Source of the DNA: an uncultured archaeon
GTDB lineage: Archaea > Asgardarchaeota > Lokiarchaeia > Sigyniarchaeales > SOKP01
Assembly: GCA_964388035.1 (NCBI GenBank)
Contig: CAYLZE010000031.1
Span: 1-46,275 of the forward strand
Reading direction: 5' to 3'
Length of the DNA: 46,275 bases
Position numbers and translations under genes: made by a program. Every line of letters starts with the position of its first letter. The stretch's first letter is position 1. The notes below the pieces were generated by a model. That model made no database searches. It was not told where the DNA came from and saw nothing but the letters and a program-made list of their open reading frames with translations. Shown here piece by piece: positions 36,616 to 46,275 of the stretch.

Positions 36616-38217
36616 ATGGCTATCGATCAATTAGTAGTAGATTTTATTACCAATCCTTGGTTTATTTTATCCCTATTGTTTTGGATTTTAATGGGAATAC
36701 TAGTCTACTCTTTACGGCATAAAAAAGATGTTATTTATGTCTTTTTTCCCCTACTAGCCATGGTAAAAACCAAAAAATTAAATAATTTCATTAAGAAAAT
36801 ATCAAGAAGATTTACGCGATTTTGGAAAATATTTTGGTCAATCGGAATTTTTGTGAGTTTTGGTTTCATGATTTTCGCCTATTACTTCTTTTTTGTGAAT
36901 TTAATTAATTTAATCATCAATCCTCAGATTGAAAATGTCATTACGCCCCTAATTCCCGGAGTAACAATAGGATTGCCTATTTTTGCTTATCTAATAATTC
37001 CTCTGCTATTTATCTTGACCACTCATGAATTAGCTCACGGGATCGCGGCAAGTTCTGATGGGGTTGATATAAAATCAACGGGAGTATTAGCCGCAGGGCT
37101 TTTCTATTTAATTGGATTTGGTGCCTTTGTAGAAGTGGATGAAAGAGAATTGCGTTCCACCAAATTTCATCGCAATACACGATTAAGAATTGCAGGAGCG
37201 GGCGCCTATATTAATGCTATCACGTCCCTTATTGCTTTAATCCTATTAATTACCTTTCCTCTCTTGATTTCCCCCTTTTATGGTAAGCAAGTTGCTCAAG
37301 TAGAGTCCGTCTTGACTCCCGAAGAGGGAGGATATAATTATGGGAATCTCTCGTCCGGAGATGTAATTGTTGGTTTAAAAGAAGCAGGAAGTACGGGAGA
37401 TTTCATTTATCTTGACGGAGAACACGGCATTACTCTCAACTATATTTTAATGAATCAAGATCCTCAAATTCACTTAGCCCCCGGAGATCATTTAACCATG
37501 CTTATCTATCTTCCTCATGAAGATAGGTTTACTGAAAAAGGAGTCGTCCTAGGTCCCCTTTATAACGATAAGAATGAAGTAGTTGGCGTGTATATCGGCA
37601 TTTTAACGAGTACCTATTACATGCCTTTAGGTTTTTTGGGAAAGTTATTTACGGGCGATTGGCCTGTTTTTCTATTTACAGAATTTGTCTGGCTTTGGGT
37701 CATTGCTTTTAGCGTAACTATCTTTAATTTATTAGGACTCCCCATCTTTGATGGCGATAGGATGTTAAAAGAAGTTATATATGGGATTGTGGGAGAAAAC
37801 TATGATCAGCTAAAACTGAAAAAAGACAGGTTTGAATTTAATAAAGAAGAAAAGTTTTATGGATTATCCGAATTTCGCGTTTCTGAAATCGAGGAAGTAA
37901 GGATCTATCTACAAGAAAAGGTCTCAAAAAATCAAGATATATCCAATACGGACGAACTTACCTTGAATACCAATTATTACCAGTTAGTTGATAAGATCGG
38001 AGATGGATTTAAAAGCACTCTTGAGTTAAAATTACCAGAAAGCTCTACGATTTCAAAAAAATCCACTCTTGAAGTAAGATATAAATATTGGTTCGATGAG
38101 AAAAAACCAAAAAAACAACTAATTTTAAATACCATTCGAATCATTACCTTAATTCTCTTAGGAGGTAATTTTCTCCTGTCCTTTCTAAAATTTGGATTTG
38201 TTACCCCCTTTACTTGA
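36616..38217 (+). CDS. Site-2 protease (M50) with PDZ-like loop and extra C-terminal soluble insert
   Basis: PLIPGVT, HELAH, GAFVE, AG...N, FNLLGLPIFDG, multiple TM helices. Confidence 0.9.
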   Translation: MAIDQLVVDFITNPWFILSLLFWILMGILVYSLRHKKDVIYVFFPLLAMVKTKKLNNFIKKISRRFTRFWKIFWSIGIFVSFGFMIFAYYFFFVNLINLIINPQIENVITPLIPGVTIGLPIFAYLIIPLLFILTTHELAHGIAASSDGVDIKSTGVLAAGLFYLIGFGAFVEVDERELRSTKFHRNTRLRIAGAGAYINAITSLIALILLITFPLLISPFYGKQVAQVESVLTPEEGGYNYGNLSSGDVIVGLKEAGSTGDFIYLDGEHGITLNYILMNQDPQIHLAPGDHLTMLIYLPHEDRFTEKGVVLGPLYNDKNEVVGVYIGILTSTYYMPLGFLGKLFTGDWPVFLFTEFVWLWVIAFSVTIFNLLGLPIFDGDRMLKEVIYGIVGENYDQLKLKKDRFEFNKEEKFYGLSEFRVSEIEEVRIYLQEKVSKNQDISNTDELTLNTNYYQLVDKIGDGFKSTLELKLPESSTISKKSTLEVRYKYWFDEKKPKKQLILNTIRIITLILLGGNFLLSFLKFGFVTPFT

Positions 38218-39233
38218 AGTTACATAAACACCACGTGATAAAAATCGCATTTAATACATTTTTTTTTAAAAGAGGAACATGCTCTCGTTGTGCCAAAGAG
38301 GGCGATATTGTTGAAAGAAATTATGCCGGAGATACTCTATGCCCTCAATGTTTTGAAGAATTCATAGAAAGGAAGATTTCAAAGACCATTTCAAAATATT
38401 CCATGCTATCATCGAAAGATCGCGTCGTAATTGCGCTCTCTGGGGGTAAGGATTCTGTATCCTTGCTATATAATCTAGTAAAATATCAAGAAAAGATGTA
38501 TCACCCCGAACCCATGATTGCACTCACCATAAACGAAGGAATTGCTAACTATCGAGATCCTGGAGTGATCATCGCTGAAAATTTATGCAAAAAACTTGGA
38601 ATTGAGCTTAAAAGCATGAGTTTTTCCCAAAAAGTGGGAAAAACGCTCGACGAGATTGTCCAAATCAAACAACAATCGGGACAATATAGATACGCATGTA
38701 ATTATTGTGCATTAATCAAACGGAGATTACTCAATGAAGAAGCAAAACAACTTAACGCGGATATCTTAGCAATGGGACATAATCTCACGGATATAGCGGA
38801 AACATTCTTAATGAATATCATGTATAAAAGGATTCCACTCATTGGAAGTCAATATCCCCTTAAAAGCACTAAAGCAAGAGTGGAAAAATATTACGTTAAA
38901 AAAATTTTGCCTCTCATGGAAATCCCGGAAGAAGAAATTCATTATTACGTGAATATTAAAGGATTTCCCCACATGAACTCGCTCTGTCCTAATCGGATGA
39001 ACGAGCCAATTGCTAGAAAGAGGATATTCGAATTTCTTCAACAGTTCAAGGAATTGTCTCCTGAAATCGAATTTAATTTATTTCATGGGTTTATTGAACT
39101 CTCGAAAATTCTTCACGATGCAAATTCCGAGGGTCCTCCTAATAACTGTGAAAAATGTGGGTATCCTTGTGGTGGGAATAAACTGAAATGTAGTTATTGT
39201 GAATTCATGGAAGATCTCGAAAAGGAAAATTAA
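38214..39233 (+). CDS. tRNA 2-thiolation protein TtuA/Ncs6 (Ctu1) family
   Basis: N-terminal CxxC pairs, SGGKDS PP-loop, C.YC...KR, GHN..D.AET, C-terminal CEKC..C..CSYC. Start uncertain. Confidence 0.88.
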   Translation: MKLHKHHVIKIAFNTFFFKRGTCSRCAKEGDIVERNYAGDTLCPQCFEEFIERKISKTISKYSMLSSKDRVVIALSGGKDSVSLLYNLVKYQEKMYHPEPMIALTINEGIANYRDPGVIIAENLCKKLGIELKSMSFSQKVGKTLDEIVQIKQQSGQYRYACNYCALIKRRLLNEEAKQLNADILAMGHNLTDIAETFLMNIMYKRIPLIGSQYPLKSTKARVEKYYVKKILPLMEIPEEEIHYYVNIKGFPHMNSLCPNRMNEPIARKRIFEFLQQFKELSPEIEFNLFHGFIELSKILHDANSEGPPNNCEKCGYPCGGNKLKCSYCEFMEDLEKEN

Positions 39234-40222
39234 GAAATGAGATGCGTGCTAAATTCTTTCAAACGGTCATATTCTCTTACTTCTTCCTTGAATAATGGCA
39301 CCTCAATTAGAATCTTGCCCAACTTATCTTGAAATACTTCTTTAATCTTAATTAAATTTCTTTGTTGCATGTTTCTCCTTGAGCGGCAAAAAGCGCATAA
39401 TTCTTCCGTTTGTTCATATAACTGATTGACTACAATGCAAGTAGAGGGAATTTCAAACTTGATTAATTCATTGATCAATCTACCTGTTTCTGCGATGGCC
39501 ATTTCTTCAGGAATCATGACGATTACGAAATTATTTATTGACGGGTTTATCAAGTCCTCTCTGGCATTCAATATGATATCATTTATTTTTTCTAAAAATT
39601 CTAAGGAATTGTCCTTCTTTTTCTCGTCGCGGGAAAAAAGACTCTTGAAAGCCCCCATTACATTTCCCATGCGCAATCTCAACCGTAAGAGTTTACCTAT
39701 CCAGCCAGATAAGGTTTCCGGTAAACTTAAAAATCTTAATGTATGTCCGGTAGGTGCCGTATCAAAAACGATCAAATCATATTCATGCTCCGTTTCAATA
39801 AATTCTAACACTTTCGCAAAAGCTAATGCTTCATCAATACCCGGCGGATTCATGGAAGCCAGATCTTGCAGTTCATGTACATCTCCTAACAAAGGATTAT
39901 CTTTCATGAATCCCGAAAGGCCCATCTCTTCCATGGGATTGAATTTTGTAAAATCTTGAAAGTTGGCAATCCTCTCCTTAGGATTAATTTCCATGGCTGT
40001 TAAATTTTCGACGCCATTTACTGGTGTGGGGGTACCAGAAGAAAGCTCCATTCCTAAACTGTCTCCTAAAGAATGTGCCGGGTCTGTACTGATAATTAAA
40101 GTCTTCCTTCCATGCTCCGCAGCCCAAATTGCGGAACTAGCCGCACAAGTAGTTTTTCCTACCCCGCCTTTACCCCCGAACATGATCATTTTTAAATTTA
40201 ATAGAAGTTCCTTTAATTCCAT
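39230..40222 (-). CDS. ArsA/Get3 (TRC40)-family ATPase
   Basis: GGKGGVGKTT, STDPAHSL.D, PGIDEA, DTAPTGHTLRFL, CAFC; single ATPase domain. Confidence 0.92.
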   Translation of the reverse strand: MELKELLLNLKMIMFGGKGGVGKTTCAASSAIWAAEHGRKTLIISTDPAHSLGDSLGMELSSGTPTPVNGVENLTAMEINPKERIANFQDFTKFNPMEEMGLSGFMKDNPLLGDVHELQDLASMNPPGIDEALAFAKVLEFIETEHEYDLIVFDTAPTGHTLRFLSLPETLSGWIGKLLRLRLRMGNVMGAFKSLFSRDEKKKDNSLEFLEKINDIILNAREDLINPSINNFVIVMIPEEMAIAETGRLINELIKFEIPSTCIVVNQLYEQTEELCAFCRSRRNMQQRNLIKIKEVFQDKLGKILIEVPLFKEEVREYDRLKEFSTHLIS

Positions 40223-40338
40223 GTTAATTTTTCTTACCTTTTTAGTTTAATTTTGAAATATATTTAAAAAGTAGTAATTTTTCCCTCTCTTCCTTTTACA
40301 CCTCAAAATTCTTGCAATCAACTTGGTAGAACTTAAAA

Positions 40339-41622
40339 CTAATATTCCAATTTGAATCGTAGAATGGCAACAATTCCTCCGAATGTCCGAGCTAGCATCT
40401 CTCCTTCTTCAGTTTCTGAAGATATAATTTCAACTGTCGTACCCATCGTTTCAGCAATCTCCCCAAAATGCTCAATTAATGTTTTTGTTTCTACGATTCC
40501 ATAAGAATTCGAGCTGCATTGGGGACAAATTTGGTCTTGAGCCACGGATGTAAATTCTTCTAAATTTCGTTCCTTCACGATTTTATCAATCTTATATCCA
40601 CAATTTGAACACGCCAGTTTTATATAATTATCATCCAAGTTTTCGGAAAGAATGAGCGTGTCTACGGCACCCATTTCCAATGCCTTTTGTACTTCTTTTA
40701 TACCGTAGGTTACCATTCCCGAATCATTTGAAATTTCTTTTAAAAATCTCTGCATGACCTGTTTTTCTTGGATATATTTCACATCTTCCATTTTATCTTG
40801 AACTTTATCCACCAAGGCTCTTATCCCTTCCGAACCTCCATAACCCAGATCCACGACATCCAAGACCTTATCTTTAAGCCTGTAATCCAAGTTATCGTCA
40901 GCAACGAATTTATCTTTAGAAAATCCGGGACCCCCAATAAAAATACCCCGTAAATTTTCCATGTTTAGAAAAATTTCATTTATGGAGACTGAAATCCTCC
41001 TATAAAACTGTTTTTCTCCCTCTTCCATTAATCGTTCAAATCTTCTCTGTGATTGCCCTCCGGCTCTATGCTTGCTGTGTATTCCCGATGTAAATTCTCG
41101 TACAACTTCAATAGTATTTCCCGAAATGTAACCTACAGCCGCTTCTTGCCTGCCAACTACTACTAGCCCGTAAGTATCCTTGGAAGTAAGCATTTCTTCT
41201 AATGGCCATAATAAGAACTCGCTGGCGCAATGATATTTAAAGGTCGTTATTTTATCCGGGGGATCGATAATATATAATTCATTTTTTTCCGTGCCCGGAG
41301 TATTACTTTGGGGGATTGCTCCCGAAAACATGACGAGGCCATTCTCAGGAGTCTGTGTGATATTCTTTAATTGTCCTAAAAGACTGCTAATTCCATCCAA
41401 CACGTTCTTTCTGGTCAATTTTGATTTAATATTCGAAGATTCTGAAATCTCGTTTTTTAAATAATTAGTGACATCTGAAAGCTTTCTATCCGGTGGTATG
41501 TATAGGGATATTAATTCGGTATGAAATCCCTTCTTATCTTTGAGAGACTCTAATAACTTTTTCGTTCGATAAATCTTTAGCTTGTTATGCTTCGCTTTTT
41601 CTGCTTTTTCAGTTGAACTCAT
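40339..41622 (-). CDS. prf1: Peptide chain release factor aRF1
   Basis: TELISLYIPP, NIKS, Y.C...F, GGQS.RRF.R, CxxC/CxxC mini-domain, FGGI.A.LRF. Confidence 0.97.
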   Translation of the reverse strand: MSSTEKAEKAKHNKLKIYRTKKLLESLKDKKGFHTELISLYIPPDRKLSDVTNYLKNEISESSNIKSKLTRKNVLDGISSLLGQLKNITQTPENGLVMFSGAIPQSNTPGTEKNELYIIDPPDKITTFKYHCASEFLLWPLEEMLTSKDTYGLVVVGRQEAAVGYISGNTIEVVREFTSGIHSKHRAGGQSQRRFERLMEEGEKQFYRRISVSINEIFLNMENLRGIFIGGPGFSKDKFVADDNLDYRLKDKVLDVVDLGYGGSEGIRALVDKVQDKMEDVKYIQEKQVMQRFLKEISNDSGMVTYGIKEVQKALEMGAVDTLILSENLDDNYIKLACSNCGYKIDKIVKERNLEEFTSVAQDQICPQCSSNSYGIVETKTLIEHFGEIAETMGTTVEIISSETEEGEMLARTFGGIVAILRFKLEY

Positions 41623-41714
41623 GATATTCTATTAATCATAAAAAAGGCAAAAGATTAATAGTTTTCCCTTATTTTTTCCTAATATTAAGCAGTAATTAAG
41701 TTATCTTACCAAAA

Positions 41715-42512
41715 ATGCCCGAAGAACAAGCACATGACGATGTTGTTCCCGCCTCGCACCCACGTGCCGAAAGTCTGGAATATCGCCACAAAATTATTGA
41801 AGGAATGAAAAATTTAGTGGTCACAGAAGCAGGGTTAATCGCTCATGGAAGGGGGGAATGCTTTGATTATATTTTGGGAGAAAAAACCACTCCTCCTGCT
41901 TTACGTGCCATCAAGGCAGCCTCTGCGCTATTATTATTAGCCGAAAGTCCGGTAATAAGTATCAATGGAAATGTTGCGGCACTCGTTGCCGATCCCATGG
42001 CACGCTTATCTAAATTAGTAGGAGCACCTTTAGAGATTAATTTATTTTATAAAAAAAAAGGAAGAGTCGAAGCCATCAAGAACGTGCTGGAAAAGGCAGG
42101 CGCTCCAGATATCAGGGGAGTAAATCAAGAAAAATTAGTAGAAATCGAAGGATTGGATAGTAATCGAAGGTTGGTCGAATCTATTAAAGATGCAGATGTC
42201 ATCATGGTACCCTTGGAAGATGGAGACCGCACCGAAGCATTAAAAAAAATTGGTAAGAAAGTTATCGCCATAGATTTAAATCCCTTGAGCAGGACGAGCT
42301 TGTGGGCAGATATCACCATCGTCGATAACATCATCAGAACCATTCCGAAAATCATTAGCATGATAGAGGAACTGAAAAAACAACCAAAAAAGGATCTACA
42401 AATCATAATCGAAGAATTTAATAATAAAAAAAACCTCCAAGACGCCTTGGAATTAATTAAAGAATATCTCGAAAATCAAAAAGAAAAAGCATTTGAAATT
42501 GTAACATCATGA
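41715..42512 (+). CDS. Phosphopantothenate synthetase (archaeal)
   Basis: P.SHPR..SL..R, GLIAHGRGE.FDY.LGE.T, ISINGN.AAL, VPLEDGDR, IDLNPLSRT. Confidence 0.94.
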   Translation: MPEEQAHDDVVPASHPRAESLEYRHKIIEGMKNLVVTEAGLIAHGRGECFDYILGEKTTPPALRAIKAASALLLLAESPVISINGNVAALVADPMARLSKLVGAPLEINLFYKKKGRVEAIKNVLEKAGAPDIRGVNQEKLVEIEGLDSNRRLVESIKDADVIMVPLEDGDRTEALKKIGKKVIAIDLNPLSRTSLWADITIVDNIIRTIPKIISMIEELKKQPKKDLQIIIEEFNNKKNLQDALELIKEYLENQKEKAFEIVTS

Positions 42513-42613
42513 ATATTTTCGAATGGAAAAAACTTAAAAAACTTAAAAATTACGTTATTTATATTCTTAATATTCATTAATAATATACATTAATTCTTAA
42601 CGAGAAAAAAAAA

Positions 42614-43147
42614 ATGGGAGCCGACAAGGACGTTAAGGATAACATCGAAACTCCGGTGGACTTAAGCCAGCTTTATACCATAAGAAGGTGTACCCTCGAT
42701 GATTTAGATGGTGTTATTTCGGTAAACGAAAAAGAACTTCCGGAAGATTATCCTTACTTTTTTTATAAAAACATATTGGATAACTTCGGAAATGCCTTTC
42801 TGGTGGCATCAACTCTGGCGAACCAAATTATCGGATACATCATGTGGAGAGTAGAACGCGCTCCTTCTCTCAATAGCTTGCGCTTGATTAATAAAGGACA
42901 TCTGGTCTCTATTGCGGTAGATTCCCAACATAGGAGAAGGGGTATCGCTAAATCTTTATTGGTACAGTCCATGCCGGAAATAAAGAAATATAAAATTCAC
43001 GAATACGTGCTAGAAGTCAGAGTGTCCAATCAAACCGCTATTAACCTCTATAAGAGTTTCAACTTCCGGATTCATTCCATCAAGAAAAATTATTACCGTG
43101 ACGGAGAAAACGCGTATTACATGGTCCGAAAGATCATGTCCCGCTAA
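42614..43147 (+). CDS. N-terminal acetyltransferase (Ard1/RimI family)
   Basis: LPE.Y...F, GY.M.R.E, GH.VSIAV....RRRGIA, LEVRVSN..A..LY, YY.DGE.AY.M. Confidence 0.92.
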   Translation: MGADKDVKDNIETPVDLSQLYTIRRCTLDDLDGVISVNEKELPEDYPYFFYKNILDNFGNAFLVASTLANQIIGYIMWRVERAPSLNSLRLINKGHLVSIAVDSQHRRRGIAKSLLVQSMPEIKKYKIHEYVLEVRVSNQTAINLYKSFNFRIHSIKKNYYRDGENAYYMVRKIMSR

Positions 43148-44123
43148 GCAGGGATTGTTCTAACCCCTTGATCAATGCGGTTATTAACGCATTAACTGGA
43201 ACTTTTACATTCAATTCCGAGGCTAATTCCACGATTCTGCCGTTAATATAATCAATTTCCGTTCTCTTTTCATTTAACACGTCTTGCAACATTGAATTAG
43301 CATTCTCAGAAGTCCTTCTGGCCACATCAAACATGATCTCAACGAAATCCTTGCTTTCATGAATGGCATCCATTTTCTGGGCAATGAATACTGCTTCTTC
43401 AACGCATTCCCTCATCATCTCCTTTATTGCCTTGTTATTCAGCAACTCTCCGTTTTTTAAACGTGTTAGCGCCCCAATCGCGTTTATCCCAATATTCACG
43501 AACACCTTCTCCCAACAATCTTCATTAATATCCTTGACGACGAGAGTTTCAAGAGAAGCGAGATGAAACAGTTCTTGTAAAGTATTTAGGCATTCATCCC
43601 CTTTTCCAAACGCTTCCTTGAATGGAAATCCCATTTTCGTTATTCCTTCGCCCGTATATATCACTTCACCCGGCTTTATCTTGAAAGCTCCGGCAGAGGT
43701 TAACACCCTAATAATCTTTTCCTTCGGACAGTACCTCTTTGCCCGTTCCTCATTCCCAATTCCATTCTGCAAAATGACAAACGAACGACAAGAAGATATT
43801 AATTCTTGATATTGATTCATGGCTGATTCAATGGAATGGGCTTTTGTGGTGAGGAAAAGATAATCAAAAGTAATGACGGAGTTGTTCGCTCCCGATAATC
43901 TAAAATCTTCAGGAGACTGAAATGCTTCGACGTGAGAACAGGCCCATTTCTCTTGATCCTTTACAATAATAAGCCCGTTTTCCTTAATCGCATTCACGTG
44001 ATCCTCTCGCCCAAATAATGTCACTTTCACGTGATATTTCTCAGATGGAATCCTGGACATTAATCCACCAAATAAACTTCCCAAGCTGCCCGCACCAATA
44101 ATGCCCACTTTAAGCTCTTTCAT
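43134..44123 (-). CDS. panE: Ketopantoate (2-dehydropantoate) reductase
   Basis: GAGSLG, TKA, LQNGIG, W.K..VN..IN, SMLQD....KRTEIDYING. Confidence 0.93.
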   Translation of the reverse strand: MKELKVGIIGAGSLGSLFGGLMSRIPSEKYHVKVTLFGREDHVNAIKENGLIIVKDQEKWACSHVEAFQSPEDFRLSGANNSVITFDYLFLTTKAHSIESAMNQYQELISSCRSFVILQNGIGNEERAKRYCPKEKIIRVLTSAGAFKIKPGEVIYTGEGITKMGFPFKEAFGKGDECLNTLQELFHLASLETLVVKDINEDCWEKVFVNIGINAIGALTRLKNGELLNNKAIKEMMRECVEEAVFIAQKMDAIHESKDFVEIMFDVARRTSENANSMLQDVLNEKRTEIDYINGRIVELASELNVKVPVNALITALIKGLEQSLLSGT

Positions 44124-44202
44124 TTGATATTCTTCCAGTTCTTGCTTTTAATAATTAAATACAATCATTATCTAATATTTTCTCTTTTCATTCCCCCTAA
44201 TT

Positions 44203-45069
44203 TTACATGAATTTTTCCAAACTCGTTTGACCCTCCGAATATTCTCCCGCATCTTTTTTCACGTCCAAGATCGAGACCTTTTCCGGGTCGGTTCGAGGCT
44301 CAATATTTAACTGTCTCATCAACATCAGCGCATCTTTTGCCGCATACCCCGAAAAATGATTATTGAAATAAATTCCCGCTCTATCCACCTTTTTCAACAC
44401 GTCCTTTAGTTGTAACCCCCAATTCTTTATCTCTTCCTCCTTGAAAAAATAATCAAACCAAATTTTCTGCCCATAGCCATGAAATCGAAGGTAGAAAAAA
44501 TGGGGATTGGTAATGTCCATTCTTGGAGGCAACGTCGGCTCGATCACGCTACAATAGGTCAATGATTGCTGTCTAAGATAATCAAACACCTCCTCTTGCA
44601 TCCACGATTCATGTCGAAATTCCACCACCAATTCATATCCCTTCTCTTTCCGATCCTCGGGCCATGAGTCAATAAACTCTTTTAAATAAGAAAAATGCTC
44701 TTCTTTCTTAAAGGAAGGCGGCAACTGAACTAAATACGCCCATAATTTGCCTGCTCTTACTAACGGTTCCATGGATGTTAAAAATAGATCTAAATCCCCT
44801 TGACAAGCATCCAGATCCAGCAAATTTTCATGCGTCACGCTCTTTGGCAACTTTGCGGAAAAAACAAATTCCTTCGGTGTCTTTTTTGCCCAACTCTCCA
44901 CCATATATTTCGAGGGAATCTGATAAAAAGAAGTGTTAATCTCATTGGTATAGAAAATCTTTGAATAATATAACAGGTATTGATCCGGCTTGATTGATTT
45001 GGGATAAAAAGGACCGGACCATTCCTCATAACTCCATCCCGAACACCCGATTAATGCTTTTTGCTCCAT
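44203..45069 (-). CDS. DUF72 (YecE-like) protein
   Basis: IG.SGWSY..W.G.FYP, E.NTSFY..P, QLPPSF, EFRH.SW, Y.RFHG, YFNN. Confidence 0.92.
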   Translation of the reverse strand: MEQKALIGCSGWSYEEWSGPFYPKSIKPDQYLLYYSKIFYTNEINTSFYQIPSKYMVESWAKKTPKEFVFSAKLPKSVTHENLLDLDACQGDLDLFLTSMEPLVRAGKLWAYLVQLPPSFKKEEHFSYLKEFIDSWPEDRKEKGYELVVEFRHESWMQEEVFDYLRQQSLTYCSVIEPTLPPRMDITNPHFFYLRFHGYGQKIWFDYFFKEEEIKNWGLQLKDVLKKVDRAGIYFNNHFSGYAAKDALMLMRQLNIEPRTDPEKVSILDVKKDAGEYSEGQTSLEKFM

Positions 45070-45469
45070 TTCAGCTCACTCCACTTTTGCAATTTTCGAA
45101 AATCGGCTAACCCCGTTCTCGTTCTCGAATAATAAGAATGTAGCTTTCCCTTTCATTCTCCCTATCACTTTCACTCCCAAACACCATGTAACCAGAAATT
45201 GAAAATGAATTTATTAAACGTAAAGCAAGGGTAACTATTAATTTTATGGAATATTTTTACCTATCATCTCTGAAAATCCGTTCACGAATTAATGAAACTC
45301 TTCATCGAATACATTGAATTACATGAAAAAAATGACATGCTACGGATGCTATTCCTTTTTAAAAATCCTCCCTATAAACTTTCCGTTCTATCACCGTTAA
45401 ATATTTATTATCGTGTTCATTTGATTATTTTAGTCGATGATGTAATGATCTAATATAACATTTAAATCA

Positions 45470-45819
45470 TCGAACATTATTGGTAAAAAAATACCTCATC
45501 TCATATGATGATGTTGTGCCAATAATTGGCAAAGGCCTCGTGGAAGTACATTGGACGGCACATGACGCCTCCGATGCTACAGGAAACGAGTGCTTGAGGT
45601 GACCCTTCTGACTACTTGTCGGTCGCATCAAGAATCCCTTGCCAAGCACGAAAATCGTGCTCATAGGAACACATTTCCCCACATTAACGTGATTTTCAAT
45701 TGTATTGTCTCTTTGAAGAATACTTGCTATTTTATTTACACACGTAAGATACGCCTCAGATAAGCAATCTGAACCTTTCCCTGAGTAGACGCCATACGCC
45801 TACACTATAGTAATTCAAG
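45470..45819 (+). other. Probable pre-23S leader (5' external spacer)
   Basis: GC-richer, hairpin-rich non-coding stretch directly upstream of 23S, with box C-like ATGATGA (45505-45511) and CTGA copies. Boundaries approximate. Confidence 0.55.
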
Positions 45820-46275
45820 CTTCTTGAATTTGCGGTGTATTGGTGAATGCCTTGGCTTGGAGAACTGAAGAAGAGCGTGACAAGCTGCGATAAGCTCGGG
45901 TTAGTCGCATGTAGACGCAGACCCCGAGATTCTCGAATAGGACATCCGCTTGCGGTCCAATAAACCGCAAGATTCCCTTATGGGAAGAGGAACGCATGGA
46001 AGTAAAACATTTTAGTACATGCAGGAAAAGAAAACAACAGTGATTCCGTTAGTAACAGCGAGCGAAAGCGGAACAGATCAAACCGAATCCCCGGAGAAAT
46101 CCGGCGGAGATGTGGTGTGTGGGCCTCATACGGCTTCCCCAAAGAAGGTGAATACCTCTGGAACGCCGAGCCATAGAGCGTGATAGCCGCGTAACCGTAA
46201 TTTGGAAAGCTGCTGTGAGTGTCCCCGAGTAATGCGGGATGGTTTTCTCGTATGAACGTGCCAGATACACGCTGG
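45820..46275 (+). rRNA. rrl: 23S rRNA, 5' part (truncated by window end; 5' end approximate)
   Basis: GGTGAATGCCTTGGC, AGCTGCGATAAGC, GAAGTAAAACATTTTAGTA..AGGAAAAGAAA, AGTAACAGCGAGCGAAAGCGG, GTGATAGCCGCGTA match domain I of LSU rRNA. Confidence 0.95.

Noticed and set aside
255-43809. Numerous 60-180 aa ORFs antisense to or nested in recognised genes (e.g. 255-506, 1926-2198, 19826-20212, 22428-22733, 39426-39959)
   Set aside because: Shadow frames of well-supported genes with no motifs of their own.
45076-45180. Short minus-strand ORF upstream of DUF72 (about 34 codons)
   Set aside because: No recognisable motif; cannot be supported.
45500-45700. GC-rich stretch as RNase P, SRP or 5S RNA
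   Set aside because: Lacks the RNase P GAGGAAAGTCC core, the SRP helix 8 motif and 5S signatures.
45467-46270. Three minus-strand ORFs at the window end
   Set aside because: They overlap the 23S rRNA gene and its leader; GC-rich structural RNA produces spurious ORFs.
1-46275. CRISPR arrays, transposases, integrases, inteins, defence systems
   Set aside because: No regularly spaced repeats or corresponding protein motifs were seen, and core proteins are of normal length.

Overview
AT-rich archaeal chromosomal window, almost certainly from an Asgard archaeon of Lokiarchaeia/Promethearchaeota type. This is inferred from an Asgard-type profilin, a tandem roadblock protein, a RING-like protein and a Get3-like ATPase alongside archaeal core genes (thermosome, TFB, Rpo12, aIF2-beta, aRF1, PoK/PPS, MfnB, AOR). 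It is mostly housekeeping: amino-acid, CoA and methanofuran biosynthesis, ribosome biogenesis (Tsr3, Pno1/KH, Rio1, Nmd3), RPA subunits, FtsZ and tRNA thiolation. There are five tRNA genes carrying four BHB-type introns, two at non-canonical sites (T-loop 59/60 and inside the Leu variable arm). The window ends in the 5' part of a 23S rRNA gene with no 16S upstream. No CRISPR array, intact mobile element or multi-gene novel operon was found. The most notable observations are: the unusual tRNA introns; a tRNA-Glu with C33 and a structured leader; a profilin with an extra C-terminal domain; a TFB whose zinc ribbon starts upstream of any canonical start codon; a PAC3/4-like chaperone near a PAC2/HbYX gene; an rpo12 gene missed by the ORF track; and a ~1.3 kb scar of gene fragments and repeats upstream of initiator tRNA. 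All family calls are from motif recognition by eye; no searches were run.
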